64,000 bases of DNA from an uncultured bacterium (GTDB taxonomy: Bacteria > Armatimonadota > HRBIN16). Shown here piece after piece: positions 27,864-37,277 of the stretch. The notes beneath the pieces are model-generated. The model was not told the origin of the DNA. It saw only the letters and a list, made by a program, of their open reading frames with translations, and ran no database searches. The position numbers and the translations under genes are program-made. The stretch spans positions 12,573 through 76,572 of the forward strand of contig CAZOGB010000001.1 in the NCBI GenBank assembly GCA_964579145.1, read 5' to 3'. Each line of letters begins with the position of its first letter. Within the stretch, counting starts at the first letter, position 1.

Positions 27864-29639
27864 ATGTCGCACCTTCTGACAACACAAAGGAGTGGTCCGA
27901 TGGAAGGCTCACGAACCGATTTCGTGGTGCGTCTGGCGGGAGAGTCGGGCGAAGGAGTGCTGAGCCTGGGCGAGATGCTGACGACAGCGCTGGCACGCCT
28001 GGGGTATGAAGTATATACCTTCCGCACCTATCCCGCAGAAATCAAAGGAGGCACCGTCCTGTATCAGGTGCGCGTGGCAGACCACCTGCTTCTTTCCTAC
28101 GGCAGTCAGGTAGATATTTTCGTGGCACTGAACGAAGAGGGTTACCGCGATAATATCGCCGCCTTGCGCCTCGGGGGCACGTTGATTTACGACAGCGATA
28201 GTGTCTCAGTCCAGGAGCTGCCCAACACCTGCGTGATTCCCGTGCCCATAGGCACTATTGCCAAGAAACAGATTGGCTCTGTGCTCACCAAGAACGTGGT
28301 CGCGCTAGGAGCAATCCTGCGTTACATCGGCGCCCCGGTGCAGGCAGGGGAGCAGATTGCCGAACAGACCTTCAAGCGCAAGGGCGAAGAGGTTGTACAG
28401 AAGAACTTTCAGGCACTGCATGCTGGTTACAACTATATAGAGCAGTATGCGGATTGCTCGAGGCCTGTCCTGCAGGGTGTGGAACAGGTTAATCCCAATC
28501 GCCTCATCATCAACGGCAACGAGGCGCTGGCACTGGGAGCGGTGCATGGCGGGCTGGCGTTCTACGCCGGCTACCCCATCACCCCTGCTACCGACATTAT
28601 GGAGGCGCTGGCTCCGATTTTGCCCCGCTTTGGCGGAGTGGTGATGCAGGCAGAGGATGAGATTGCAGCGCTGGGCATGGTGCTGGGAGCCTCGTTCGCT
28701 GGGAAGCGTGCCATGACCGCCACCTCCGGTCCTGGCCTCTCGCTCATGGTCGAGCAGATTAACCTGGCGGGACAGGCGGAAATCCCGGTGGTGATTGTGG
28801 ATGTGCAGCGCGGTGGCGCCAGTACCGGCTTGCCCACCAAAACCTCGCAGGGCGACCTGAACATTGCCCTGTATGGCGTGCACAATGAATCGCCGCGTGT
28901 GGTGATGGCGCCTACCAGCGTGGAAGACTGCTTCTACCTCATCCAGCACGCGCTCAACATCGCCGAGCGATACCAGGTACCGGTGATTGTGCTCTCGGAT
29001 CAGTCGCTGGCACACCGTCGCTGTACCATTCCGAAGCCCGACCTGATGCGTGTGCCCCGCTGGGAGCGAATCGCGCCTGAACCCGGCACTAACGGCGAAT
29101 ACGCCCGCTATGCGATTACCGAAACGGGCATCTCGCCAATGGCCGTCCCCGGTATGCCCGGACTGGCATACACAGCGACCGGCATCGAACATAACGAATA
29201 CAGTGACCCGACCTACACCCCCGAAAACCTGCAAGCGATGAAGTCCAAGCGCTTCCGCAAACTGCAAACGCTTGGCGAGGAATATGCCGAGCAGTTCGTG
29301 CGCATCTGGGGCGAGCCCGAAGGCGCGGATGTGGGCATCATCGGTTGGGGGTCTACCGAGGGGGTCATCCGCGAGGCGATGGAGATGGCGCAGGCGGAGG
29401 GCGTCAAAGTAGCGGCTCTATACCCCAAGATGCTGATGCCCCTGCCGGTGCATATCATCGAGGAGTTCGCCAGCAAGGTGAAAAGGGTGCTGGTTCCTGA
29501 AAAGAACTTCACTGGCGAGTTCGCGGCTTACCTGCGTGCGCAGACCAACGTCCGTCCCATCTCATATGCGAGCGACACAGGTCTGCCCTTCGACCCCGAA
29601 GAGATCAAAGAGGAAATCATCCACGTTGCCCGGATGTGA
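27864..29639 (+). CDS. korA: 2-oxoacid:ferredoxin oxidoreductase, alpha subunit (fused alpha/gamma type)
   Basis: FVVRLAGESGEGVLSLGEML and downstream KorA motifs are present across 591 aa. An alternative start is at 27900. Confidence 0.9.
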   Translation: MSHLLTTQRSGPMEGSRTDFVVRLAGESGEGVLSLGEMLTTALARLGYEVYTFRTYPAEIKGGTVLYQVRVADHLLLSYGSQVDIFVALNEEGYRDNIAALRLGGTLIYDSDSVSVQELPNTCVIPVPIGTIAKKQIGSVLTKNVVALGAILRYIGAPVQAGEQIAEQTFKRKGEEVVQKNFQALHAGYNYIEQYADCSRPVLQGVEQVNPNRLIINGNEALALGAVHGGLAFYAGYPITPATDIMEALAPILPRFGGVVMQAEDEIAALGMVLGASFAGKRAMTATSGPGLSLMVEQINLAGQAEIPVVIVDVQRGGASTGLPTKTSQGDLNIALYGVHNESPRVVMAPTSVEDCFYLIQHALNIAERYQVPVIVLSDQSLAHRRCTIPKPDLMRVPRWERIAPEPGTNGEYARYAITETGISPMAVPGMPGLAYTATGIEHNEYSDPTYTPENLQAMKSKRFRKLQTLGEEYAEQFVRIWGEPEGADVGIIGWGSTEGVIREAMEMAQAEGVKVAALYPKMLMPLPVHIIEEFASKVKRVLVPEKNFTGEFAAYLRAQTNVRPISYASDTGLPFDPEEIKEEIIHVARM

Positions 29640-30535
29640 GGCAGGAGGTACAGATGGAAAACACTCAGACCATTCATGTGGAAACGCAACCCATCCAGCG
29701 CCAGCCGAAAGACTATAAGAGCGACCTGGAACCGATCTGGTGCCCCGGCTGTGGCGACTACGGCGTGCTGAACGCTCTGTTCAAAGCGATGAGCCAGCTG
29801 AATCTCGACCCCGACAGGACGGTGCTTGTGTCGGGCATTGGATGCTCCAGCCGACTACCGGGCTTTGTGGTCACTTACGGCTTTCACGGCGTGCATGGGC
29901 GCGTTTTGCCCGTGGCCACAGGCATCAAACTGGCTAATCCCGAATTGACGGTCATCGGCGTCGGGGGCGATGGCGATGGCTACTCCATTGGACTTGGACA
30001 CTTCCCGCACGCCGCGCGACGTAACATCGATATCACCTATATCGTCATGAACAACCAGATTTACGGCTTGACGAAAGGACAGACGTCGCCTACCAGCTCG
30101 CTGCAGTTCGTGACGAAGACCACACCCTTCGGCAATGTGGAAAGCGCACTAAACCCCCTGCAGATTGCCATCGTGGCGGGAGCGACCTTCGTGGCACGCG
30201 GTTACTCCAGCATGCCCAACCACCTGGCACGGATCATTGCCGAAGCCATCAAACATCCCGGATTCGCCCTGGTAGACGTCTTCAGTCCCTGCGTGACCTT
30301 TAACAAGGTTCAAACCTACGACTATTACAAAGGCAGGGTGTACGAGATTCCCGATACGCACGACCCAACAGACAAGTTTGCCGCCCTGCGACTGGCAGAA
30401 GAGGATGGGATGTTCCCCATCGGCATCTTCTACCGGGTAGACCGCCCCACGCTGGACGAACAGGTCACCCTGATCAAACGGCAGGCTTATACCGAAAACC
30501 CCAGCGTGGAGCAGCTGTTCCGAAGATACCAATAG
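29636..30535 (+). CDS. korB: 2-oxoacid:ferredoxin oxidoreductase, beta subunit (TPP-binding)
   Basis: WCPGCGDYG and GIGCSS motifs are present, with a 4-nt overlap with korA. Confidence 0.9.
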   Translation: MRQEVQMENTQTIHVETQPIQRQPKDYKSDLEPIWCPGCGDYGVLNALFKAMSQLNLDPDRTVLVSGIGCSSRLPGFVVTYGFHGVHGRVLPVATGIKLANPELTVIGVGGDGDGYSIGLGHFPHAARRNIDITYIVMNNQIYGLTKGQTSPTSSLQFVTKTTPFGNVESALNPLQIAIVAGATFVARGYSSMPNHLARIIAEAIKHPGFALVDVFSPCVTFNKVQTYDYYKGRVYEIPDTHDPTDKFAALRLAEEDGMFPIGIFYRVDRPTLDEQVTLIKRQAYTENPSVEQLFRRYQ

Positions 30536-30559
30536 AGCAGTAAAAAGATTCTGAAGCCC

Positions 30560-30625
30560 TTCACTCCGTTCAGGGTGACGTCCGAATGTCATGCTGAAGG
30601 GGGTGAAAGGGCTTTTCTCTTGTTA
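30560..30625 (+). terminator. Putative intrinsic terminator after korB
   Basis: The imperfect inverted repeat aagcccttcac ... gtgaaagggctt is followed by tttctcttgtt. The loop is unusually long. Confidence 0.35.
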
Positions 30626-30809
30626 GGCGGGGCACGGGCGAAGCATCTCGTTTTTGTGGTCATGCCGAATGGCAGTGAATCATTTCCGGGAACGTCCCAA
30701 AAATCTGCCGAAAGACCCTGTAACGCATTGACCTTTTCGAAACTCTCCTTTATGCTTATAGTGTAGTACCCGTTCGTTCCCATTTTATGGAGAAAAGGAG
30801 GAAAGCAAG

Positions 30810-32159
30810 ATGAGTTCGGTGATGCGTTTGACGGTTGTCACCGCTGCGATTGCCCTGCTGGCTCCCCTCGCGTTCGCTGACCTGCTGGTGTGCAGTGTGA
30901 ACGGCGACCGCATCCTCCGGTTCAGCGAAGTGGACGGAGCCTACCTGGGCGACTTTGTGCCTGCAGGCACCGGTGGACTGAACGAGCCTCAGGGCATGGA
31001 GTACGGTCCTGACGGCAACCTGTATGTGTGCAGTAACGACCAGCACGCGATTCTGCGCTTCGACGGACAGACGGGCGCGTTCATCGACGCCTTTGTGCCG
31101 TCGGGAAGCGGTGGGTTGAACTCGCCCGGTGACCTGGAATTTGGTCCCGATGGCAACCTGTACGTGAGCAGTTACGGTACCGATGCCATCCTGCGCTACG
31201 ATGGGCAGACGGGCGCCTTCATCGACGTCTTCGTGGCCCCAGGAAGCGGCGGGCTGGATACTCCCGCTGGTCTCACCTTCGGTCCCGACGGTAACCTGTA
31301 CGTCACCACCTGGAACAACGGGCAGGTGATGCGCTACGATGGGCAGACAGGCGACTTTCTGGGGGTGTTCGTCAACGACCCGCTGAACCTGTACCCGGCG
31401 ATTGGCGTTCGCTTCGGCCCCGATGGGCATCTGTACGTCTCCGGCGGGCTGTTCCATCGCGTGGCGAAGTACGACGGCACCACCGGCGCGTTCATGGGGC
31501 TGTTTATCCCCACCGGCAGCGGCGGACTGTACGGCGCGTACGGCTTCGAGTGGGGACCGGATGGACGCTTCTACGTTGCCAGCTATGGCGGTAACTCCAT
31601 CCTGCGCTATGACGGCACCACGGGTGCGTTCATCGACGTCTTCGTCTCCACGGGTGCCGGGGGGCTGAGCCAGCCGGGCATGATCATGTTCACGCCGCGC
31701 TCGGTAACGGGTAATGTGCAGCTGAGCGATTACGACCCCAGCAAAGTATCACAGGTGCCGGTCACTCTGAAGGTGTACAAAAACGGGCGGCTCGTTCGCA
31801 CCACCACGCTGACACTGGACGAGAACGGCAACTACACCCTGCCCAACGTCGTGGCGGGCACGTACGATTTCGCCTTCAAAGCCAGCCACTGGCTTCAGGT
31901 GGTGGTGCGCGATGTTGCTGTGCCCAAAGAGGGCTTGACGGGGCTGGACGTCACCCTCATCAACGGCGACATCGACGGCGATAACGAAGTGACGCTGTTC
32001 GACTTCGGTCAGTTAGTGTCGGCATTCGGCAGTATGCCCGGAGATAGCAACTGGAACCCCGACGCCGACCTGGACGGGGATGATGAGGTTACTCTGTTCG
32101 ACTTCGGCGTGCTGGTACGAAACTTCGGCGCGATTGGGGACGAAATCGGAGGCGATTAA
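30810..32159 (+). CDS. Secreted NHL-repeat beta-propeller protein with Ig-like domain and C-terminal dockerin-like module
   Basis: A signal peptide is present. Six or more repeats of about 47 aa (GSGGLxxPxxLxFGPDGNLYV...ILRYDGQTGAFIDVFV) follow. The C-terminus has two Ca-binding dockerin-like segments (DIDGDNEVTLFDFGQLVSAFG; DLDGDDEVTLFDFGVLVRNFG). Confidence 0.7.
   Translation: MSSVMRLTVVTAAIALLAPLAFADLLVCSVNGDRILRFSEVDGAYLGDFVPAGTGGLNEPQGMEYGPDGNLYVCSNDQHAILRFDGQTGAFIDAFVPSGSGGLNSPGDLEFGPDGNLYVSSYGTDAILRYDGQTGAFIDVFVAPGSGGLDTPAGLTFGPDGNLYVTTWNNGQVMRYDGQTGDFLGVFVNDPLNLYPAIGVRFGPDGHLYVSGGLFHRVAKYDGTTGAFMGLFIPTGSGGLYGAYGFEWGPDGRFYVASYGGNSILRYDGTTGAFIDVFVSTGAGGLSQPGMIMFTPRSVTGNVQLSDYDPSKVSQVPVTLKVYKNGRLVRTTTLTLDENGNYTLPNVVAGTYDFAFKASHWLQVVVRDVAVPKEGLTGLDVTLINGDIDGDNEVTLFDFGQLVSAFGSMPGDSNWNPDADLDGDDEVTLFDFGVLVRNFGAIGDEIGGD
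31946..32150 (+). repeat. ~200-bp repeat (dockerin-like module); inverted copy at 37086-37277
   Basis: It shares about 88% nucleotide identity with the reverse complement of 37086-37277. The first 50 nt are nearly identical. Confidence 0.7.
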
Positions 32160-32233
32160 AAGCCCATACAACACGTACAGGGGGCGCGTCTGCGCCCCCT
32201 GTGTTTTCTACGCAGTTGCCACCACCAGCTGTC

Positions 32234-33013
32234 TTATGGCGATCCCTGCGTGCACCAGCCGTACTGGTCCTGCTTGGCGAAGCCCCACAGCTCGTCTCGG
32301 CAGACATCGGGACCAGGCGCCTGGTTGCACCAGCGGGTGTAAGCGCCCGACGTGATGCAGTACTGCTTGATGGCGGCGCCATTGACGTTGACACCCGAGC
32401 AACCCGACAGCTTGGCGGTGAAGGTCTTGGCGTGCCCGTCTGCATAGCAGGCGTTGACGATATCGTTGTGGCGTGCCTGCACGGGCGAGTCGAACAGGTT
32501 CCATGCGCAGGCGTTTTGCTGGGCTGCCAGGTTGCCGTCCGAGGCGACCGCCGTCTCGGCAGCGTACTCAATAGAGGCAATCGCAGCGCCGATGTTGGTC
32601 AGCGCGTAGTTGAAGTTGTAGCTTGCCCAGGTGAAACCGCCACACTCTCCTCCGGGTAATCCCAGAGCACGGAAAGCGGCATCGATGTCCATCGCCTTCG
32701 GCTCCGACGGACACTGATAAATCTGGCGGTTCTTCACGTAAGGCTCAACAGCCGCCAGGAAGGTGAACGCACAGGGTCCCTGCGAGTTCGCAGAAAGATA
32801 GTAACTCAGGGGGAAGCGTTCATCGTAGTCCTGCACATACATCATCGATGCCGTGCCCATTTGCTTCATGTTGCTGAGACAGCTGGTCTGACGCGCCTTC
32901 TCTCGTGCCCGGGCAAACACGGGGAACAGAATGGCAGCCAGTATCGCGATTATCGCGATAACAACCAGCAACTCAATGAGTGTGAACCCGTTGCGCGAAC
33001 CTCTGGTCTTCAT
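32234..33013 (-). CDS. Prepilin-type N-terminal cleavage/methylation domain protein, DUF1559 (H-X9-DG) family, paralog 2
   Basis: [43 protein letters not shown] and [16 protein letters not shown] are present. Confidence 0.85.
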   Translation of the reverse strand: MKTRGSRNGFTLIELLVVIAIIAILAAILFPVFARAREKARQTSCLSNMKQMGTASMMYVQDYDERFPLSYYLSANSQGPCAFTFLAAVEPYVKNRQIYQCPSEPKAMDIDAAFRALGLPGGECGGFTWASYNFNYALTNIGAAIASIEYAAETAVASDGNLAAQQNACAWNLFDSPVQARHNDIVNACYADGHAKTFTAKLSGCSGVNVNGAAIKQYCITSGAYTRWCNQAPGPDVCRDELWGFAKQDQYGWCTQGSP

Positions 33014-33221
33014 CTGTAACACCCTCCTTGTATTTTAAAGTTTCGGTGGGCAAATGGAGTGTACCCATCCATATTGTAAGCCAGAGCACCAAAGAAGTCA
33101 ATATTTTTGGGGGTTATGCGCAAAATCTTTGTTGAAATTGCCCTGTAGACAACAGGCATGTCAACAGGCTATACTGAGATGCCGACACCAATAACGGAGG
33201 ACCGTTTCGTGGAGATACAGG

Positions 33222-35051
33222 ATGAGAAGTGCGCATGAGGTACGCCGGGTGTGGTTGACCGGCTTTTGGTTCGCTCTGCTTGGCATGGTGCCCTCGTTTC
33301 TGCGGGTGCATGAGCAGACTTTGCGGATACTGCCCGCGGTGTTGCGCACACTGGATGCGTCGGGTTTGCCTGTGCCCGAGACGCTAGCATGGTCGTCTGC
33401 TCTGGTGCGGTGGATTTCAGCCGTGGGGGCGGTTCCCGCGCTGGCACGCCTATTGATACTGGCAGCGGTATATCTGGTGCTCTTCCTGCTGGCTCTGCGG
33501 GCGGCGCTGAGTTCGCTCGGCTTTGGGGATATAGACAGGTTTATCACTGGGCGGGCGGTATTGCTTCTGGCAGCCTGGCTGGTGGTGGTGGCAGCGCTGG
33601 TGCGATGGATGTGGAATGTTCGCGACCTGAGCGTGGGCGAGATGATGCTGCCTGCCGGTATCGCCTGTCTCGTTACCGCTGTTTTGCTGTCGGAGGATGG
33701 CATAGCGGGGTGGTGTCTGAAGCCGGGGGCTGCTATCCGGGCGTGGTCGCTCGTGCGGCTGGCTGGCGGGGGTTTTGCGTGCGGACTGGTTGGCGCGCTG
33801 GTGCTGCAGTTTACCAGCTTCGAGTTTGGCGCGGCGCTCTACCGCCTGATGTTCGACTTCCCGACAGTATTTGTGCCTCCGGGAGGAGCGCAGGGTCTGG
33901 CAGACTTCAACCCGCGCGGCTGGGTGACGTTCACCCTCATCTCGCTGGCGATTGCAGCCGCCGGTGGCTTTTGCTGGGGGAGCCTGTGGACGGCTGTTGT
34001 TGCACCTGCCCGGAGCTATCATCATCGCGTGCGCGCGCTGGCTACAGCGGTTATCCCGCTTGCACTGGTGACCATTGCCGGAGTGTGGTTGTTCTATGAG
34101 CTGGTTATCGGGCGCATGGACTACCGCCGTTCGCTTGCCGACATGGCTCAGCGTGAACAAATCCCGTTCGGGCGAGCAGGCAACGATACGGTGCTTATTC
34201 CGCTCGCTGACGGCAGGGTGCGTGTTGCCAGCATTCCTTTCCAGACCATCATCGGCTTCCCGAACGAGCCGGGCGTGACCTATAAAGTGGAGCAGTATCT
34301 GCAGACGCGACGCTACCAGACCCTGCTGGCACGCTTGCTGTTTGTGCATCTGCATGATGTGCGCTCCATAGACTGGGATCCCCTGCGGAGTCTGGAGGTA
34401 GACCGTCTGTGTATTGAGCGTGCGCCGCGCCTGCAGTTTGTGCAGCTCATGGTGGAGACGCTGTCAAACTGTGCCATCACGCCAGAGGCAAAACGGTATC
34501 TGGACTGGCTGGACGCCAGTGCACGCCCCTTCCGACAATCCCAGCGAGCCTGCCAGACGATGGGCGACCTGTATGCTCGTTTTGGCGACGAGCGCAAAGC
34601 GCAGGAATGGTATCAGCGCGGGGAGATTCCCGAAGAGCTGCGCAAAACCGCTGCACTTGCAGGCAGAATCACGGGCACAATTCTGTGGGACGGACGACCT
34701 GCCAGTGGGGTGCGCGTTGGTTTTGTGCGAAGAGAATCCGCCCTGCTGTTCACCCGAGGGGATGCGCGTGCGGACAGGAGTGTGTTACTGCTACGTCCCT
34801 TTGACTGGCGGGTGGTGGCAGGAGTGGTGGCAACCGATGAATCGGGACGCTTTGAAAGCCTGCCTCTGCCGTACGGCGAGTATGTACTGTTGATACGTGT
34901 AGAATCGCGACGGATACCGCCGCTGCCCGAAGCGGCGCAGATTGAGGGACTTCCCGCCGTCGTTCGGCTGGAGTCTGCATCGAAGAACGTGGGCACTATC
35001 CGCCTGCGCGAGACCGGTCAGCGCCCGGCACGCAGAGACAGGGCAATCTGA
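33222..35051 (+). CDS. Polytopic membrane protein with C-terminal TPR-like and carboxypeptidase-regulatory-like domains (unknown function)
   Basis: The 609-aa ORF has about 8 predicted TM helices in the N-terminal half. The C-terminal half is soluble (TILWDGRPASGVRVGFV...ESGRFESLPLPYGEYVLLIRV). Confidence 0.6.
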   Translation: MRSAHEVRRVWLTGFWFALLGMVPSFLRVHEQTLRILPAVLRTLDASGLPVPETLAWSSALVRWISAVGAVPALARLLILAAVYLVLFLLALRAALSSLGFGDIDRFITGRAVLLLAAWLVVVAALVRWMWNVRDLSVGEMMLPAGIACLVTAVLLSEDGIAGWCLKPGAAIRAWSLVRLAGGGFACGLVGALVLQFTSFEFGAALYRLMFDFPTVFVPPGGAQGLADFNPRGWVTFTLISLAIAAAGGFCWGSLWTAVVAPARSYHHRVRALATAVIPLALVTIAGVWLFYELVIGRMDYRRSLADMAQREQIPFGRAGNDTVLIPLADGRVRVASIPFQTIIGFPNEPGVTYKVEQYLQTRRYQTLLARLLFVHLHDVRSIDWDPLRSLEVDRLCIERAPRLQFVQLMVETLSNCAITPEAKRYLDWLDASARPFRQSQRACQTMGDLYARFGDERKAQEWYQRGEIPEELRKTAALAGRITGTILWDGRPASGVRVGFVRRESALLFTRGDARADRSVLLLRPFDWRVVAGVVATDESGRFESLPLPYGEYVLLIRVESRRIPPLPEAAQIEGLPAVVRLESASKNVGTIRLRETGQRPARRDRAI

Positions 35052-35088
35052 GCAGGAGACTCCCGTATCGCCATCTAACACTTTGGCA

Positions 35089-37038
35089 ATGTCTCGGTCG
35101 TATGAACACACCAGCACACCGACAGGAAGCCTCGCCCATGCCCGGCTTGTTGTGGAACAGCCCCGGCGCTGGACGATTGCAGGCATTCGTCCCCAGCTGG
35201 CTCTGCTGATCCTGCTGACGCAGGCGGTGATGGTGTGGTGGGTGGCGGACAGCGAAATCGCGCGCAGTATCTACCTGATATGCTATTCGCTGATGATGCC
35301 CACCGCGCTGTATCTGCTGTTCGTCCGGCTTCTGCGCCGCTGGCTGCCGTTCGACCACCGGGAACTGCTGATGGGCTATATCGTGCTCACCAGCACCATC
35401 CCCATCATCGGCTTCGGCGGGCTACGTTTTATTCTGCCCGGCATGGGCTTCTTTCCCTACTTCTCGCAGACACAGCCGCAGTGGAACCGGTATCTGCCGT
35501 ACCTGACGCACCTGCCTATCCTGCACAACTCCGAAGCCATCCGCGCCCTCTACCGCGGGCAAAGCAGTGTGCCCTGGCAGGCGTGGACGGTTCCCATCCT
35601 CTTCTGGAGCCTTTACCTGATACTGCTTACCGGAATCTGGATTGGGCTGGCGGCGGTTCTGCATCGCATCTGGATCCGTCAGGAGCGACTGACCTTTCCC
35701 ATCACGGTGCTTCCCCTGCAGCTTACCGACCCGCAGGATGACCTCCTGCGGCGTCCCCTGTTCTGGTTGGGCTTCGCCATCCCTGCCGTCCTGCAGACCC
35801 TGCTGGTGTTGCACGACTGGTATCCTGCCATCCCGGCGGTGCAGTTGAAGGTGACATATGTCAAAATCCCGTTGTTCCAGTCGCCCCCGTGGAACGCTTT
35901 TCCCGACTTTCCGCTGGGCATCTACCCGATGGCGGTGGGGCTGGCATACTTTGTGCCGAGCAGTATCAGCTTCAGCTGCTGGTTTTTCTGGCTGGTAACG
36001 CGCCTGCTTTACGTGGTGGGTTCGGCGTTTGGGCTGGAGGTAGGCGATACCGCCGCAGCGCGCTTCCCCTACAAAGAGGAGCAGGCAGCAGGGGCGTGGA
36101 TTGCTTTCGCGATGATGGCAGGCTGGGGCGCACGCCGACACTGGCAGAGCCTGAAGCGTCACCTGAGCCCGGATGAGCTGCGCACCGTGCGCTGGCTGGG
36201 TCTGCTGGCGCTGGGATGCCTGCTTCTGTGCGCTGGGATGATGATGCTGACGGGCATCCCTCCGCTGTTTGCCCTGCTAATTATCGGCGTGTACGTGGCG
36301 TATGTGCTGAGCGGGGCGCGCATCCGCGCGGAGGCGGGTGGTCAGTGGACATTTGCGCCCGCAACATGGACGCCCCACCGGGTGACAAACGCCGTGCTGG
36401 GCACGCAGAACCTGCCGGAAGGGGCTATCGTGGCGGGCGGCTATTTTGACCTGGTGCATGTGGACATCCGCGCACAGTCCCTGCCCTATCTGATGGAGGG
36501 GCTGAAAATCGCGGATTCGGTCGGTCTGCGCTGGCGCACGGTGCTGGTATGGGTGGCTATTGGCACGGTGACCGCGCTGGCGGTGGGCTGGTGGAGCAGT
36601 CTGAGCAACTTCTACACGCTGGGTGCAGCAACCGCCAAGAGCAACGCCTATGCGATGTGGAAGGTGCAGTACGGGATGCAGCAAATGCATTCCCTTGCCA
36701 GCACGCGGGTCGCCTGGGACAAGAGCGGGGTGCTGGCGGCGTGCATCGGCGGCGGGTTTACCCTGCTGTTAGCTAGCCTGCGGATGCGCCTGAACGCTTT
36801 TCCCCTGCATCCTGTGGGCTACGTGATGGCGAACACCATCACCATGAACGCTTTCTTCCTGACTTTCCTGATAGCATGGACGGCGAAGGTGCTGGTACAG
36901 CGGTTCGGGGGAAGCAAGGGCTACCGGCGCAGTCTGGCGTTCTTTGTGGGCGTGACGCTGGGCGACATCGTAACGCAGGCGGGCTGGGCGCTGGTTGGCA
37001 GGTTGCTGGATGTGCCCATCTATCAGTTTCTCACCTGA
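35089..37038 (+). CDS. Large polytopic membrane protein of unknown function
   Basis: The 649-aa ORF from ATG 35089 has more than 12 hydrophobic helices. The ORF-track 5' extension overlaps the upstream gene. Confidence 0.6.
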   Translation: MSRSYEHTSTPTGSLAHARLVVEQPRRWTIAGIRPQLALLILLTQAVMVWWVADSEIARSIYLICYSLMMPTALYLLFVRLLRRWLPFDHRELLMGYIVLTSTIPIIGFGGLRFILPGMGFFPYFSQTQPQWNRYLPYLTHLPILHNSEAIRALYRGQSSVPWQAWTVPILFWSLYLILLTGIWIGLAAVLHRIWIRQERLTFPITVLPLQLTDPQDDLLRRPLFWLGFAIPAVLQTLLVLHDWYPAIPAVQLKVTYVKIPLFQSPPWNAFPDFPLGIYPMAVGLAYFVPSSISFSCWFFWLVTRLLYVVGSAFGLEVGDTAAARFPYKEEQAAGAWIAFAMMAGWGARRHWQSLKRHLSPDELRTVRWLGLLALGCLLLCAGMMMLTGIPPLFALLIIGVYVAYVLSGARIRAEAGGQWTFAPATWTPHRVTNAVLGTQNLPEGAIVAGGYFDLVHVDIRAQSLPYLMEGLKIADSVGLRWRTVLVWVAIGTVTALAVGWWSSLSNFYTLGAATAKSNAYAMWKVQYGMQQMHSLASTRVAWDKSGVLAACIGGGFTLLLASLRMRLNAFPLHPVGYVMANTITMNAFFLTFLIAWTAKVLVQRFGGSKGYRRSLAFFVGVTLGDIVTQAGWALVGRLLDVPIYQFLT

Positions 37039-37085
37039 AACAGTGAAACAGGGCAGGCGTGGCGCCTGCCCTGTTAACCGCCGCA

Positions 37086-37277
37086 TCACTCGTCGCCGAT
37101 GGCGCCGAAGTTGCGCAGCAGCACGCCGAAGTCGAACAGGGTGACCTCCTGATCGCCGTCAAGGTCGGCGTCGGGGTTCCAGTTGCTGTCACCCGGCATA
37201 CTGCCAAAGGCGGCTACCAGCGCACCGAAGTCGAACAGCGTCACCTCGTTATCGCCGTCGATGTCGCCGTTGGTGAG
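37086..37277 (-). repeat. Inverted copy of the ~200-bp dockerin-module repeat (partner 31946-32150)
   Basis: This finding is seen by direct nucleotide comparison. Confidence 0.7.
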
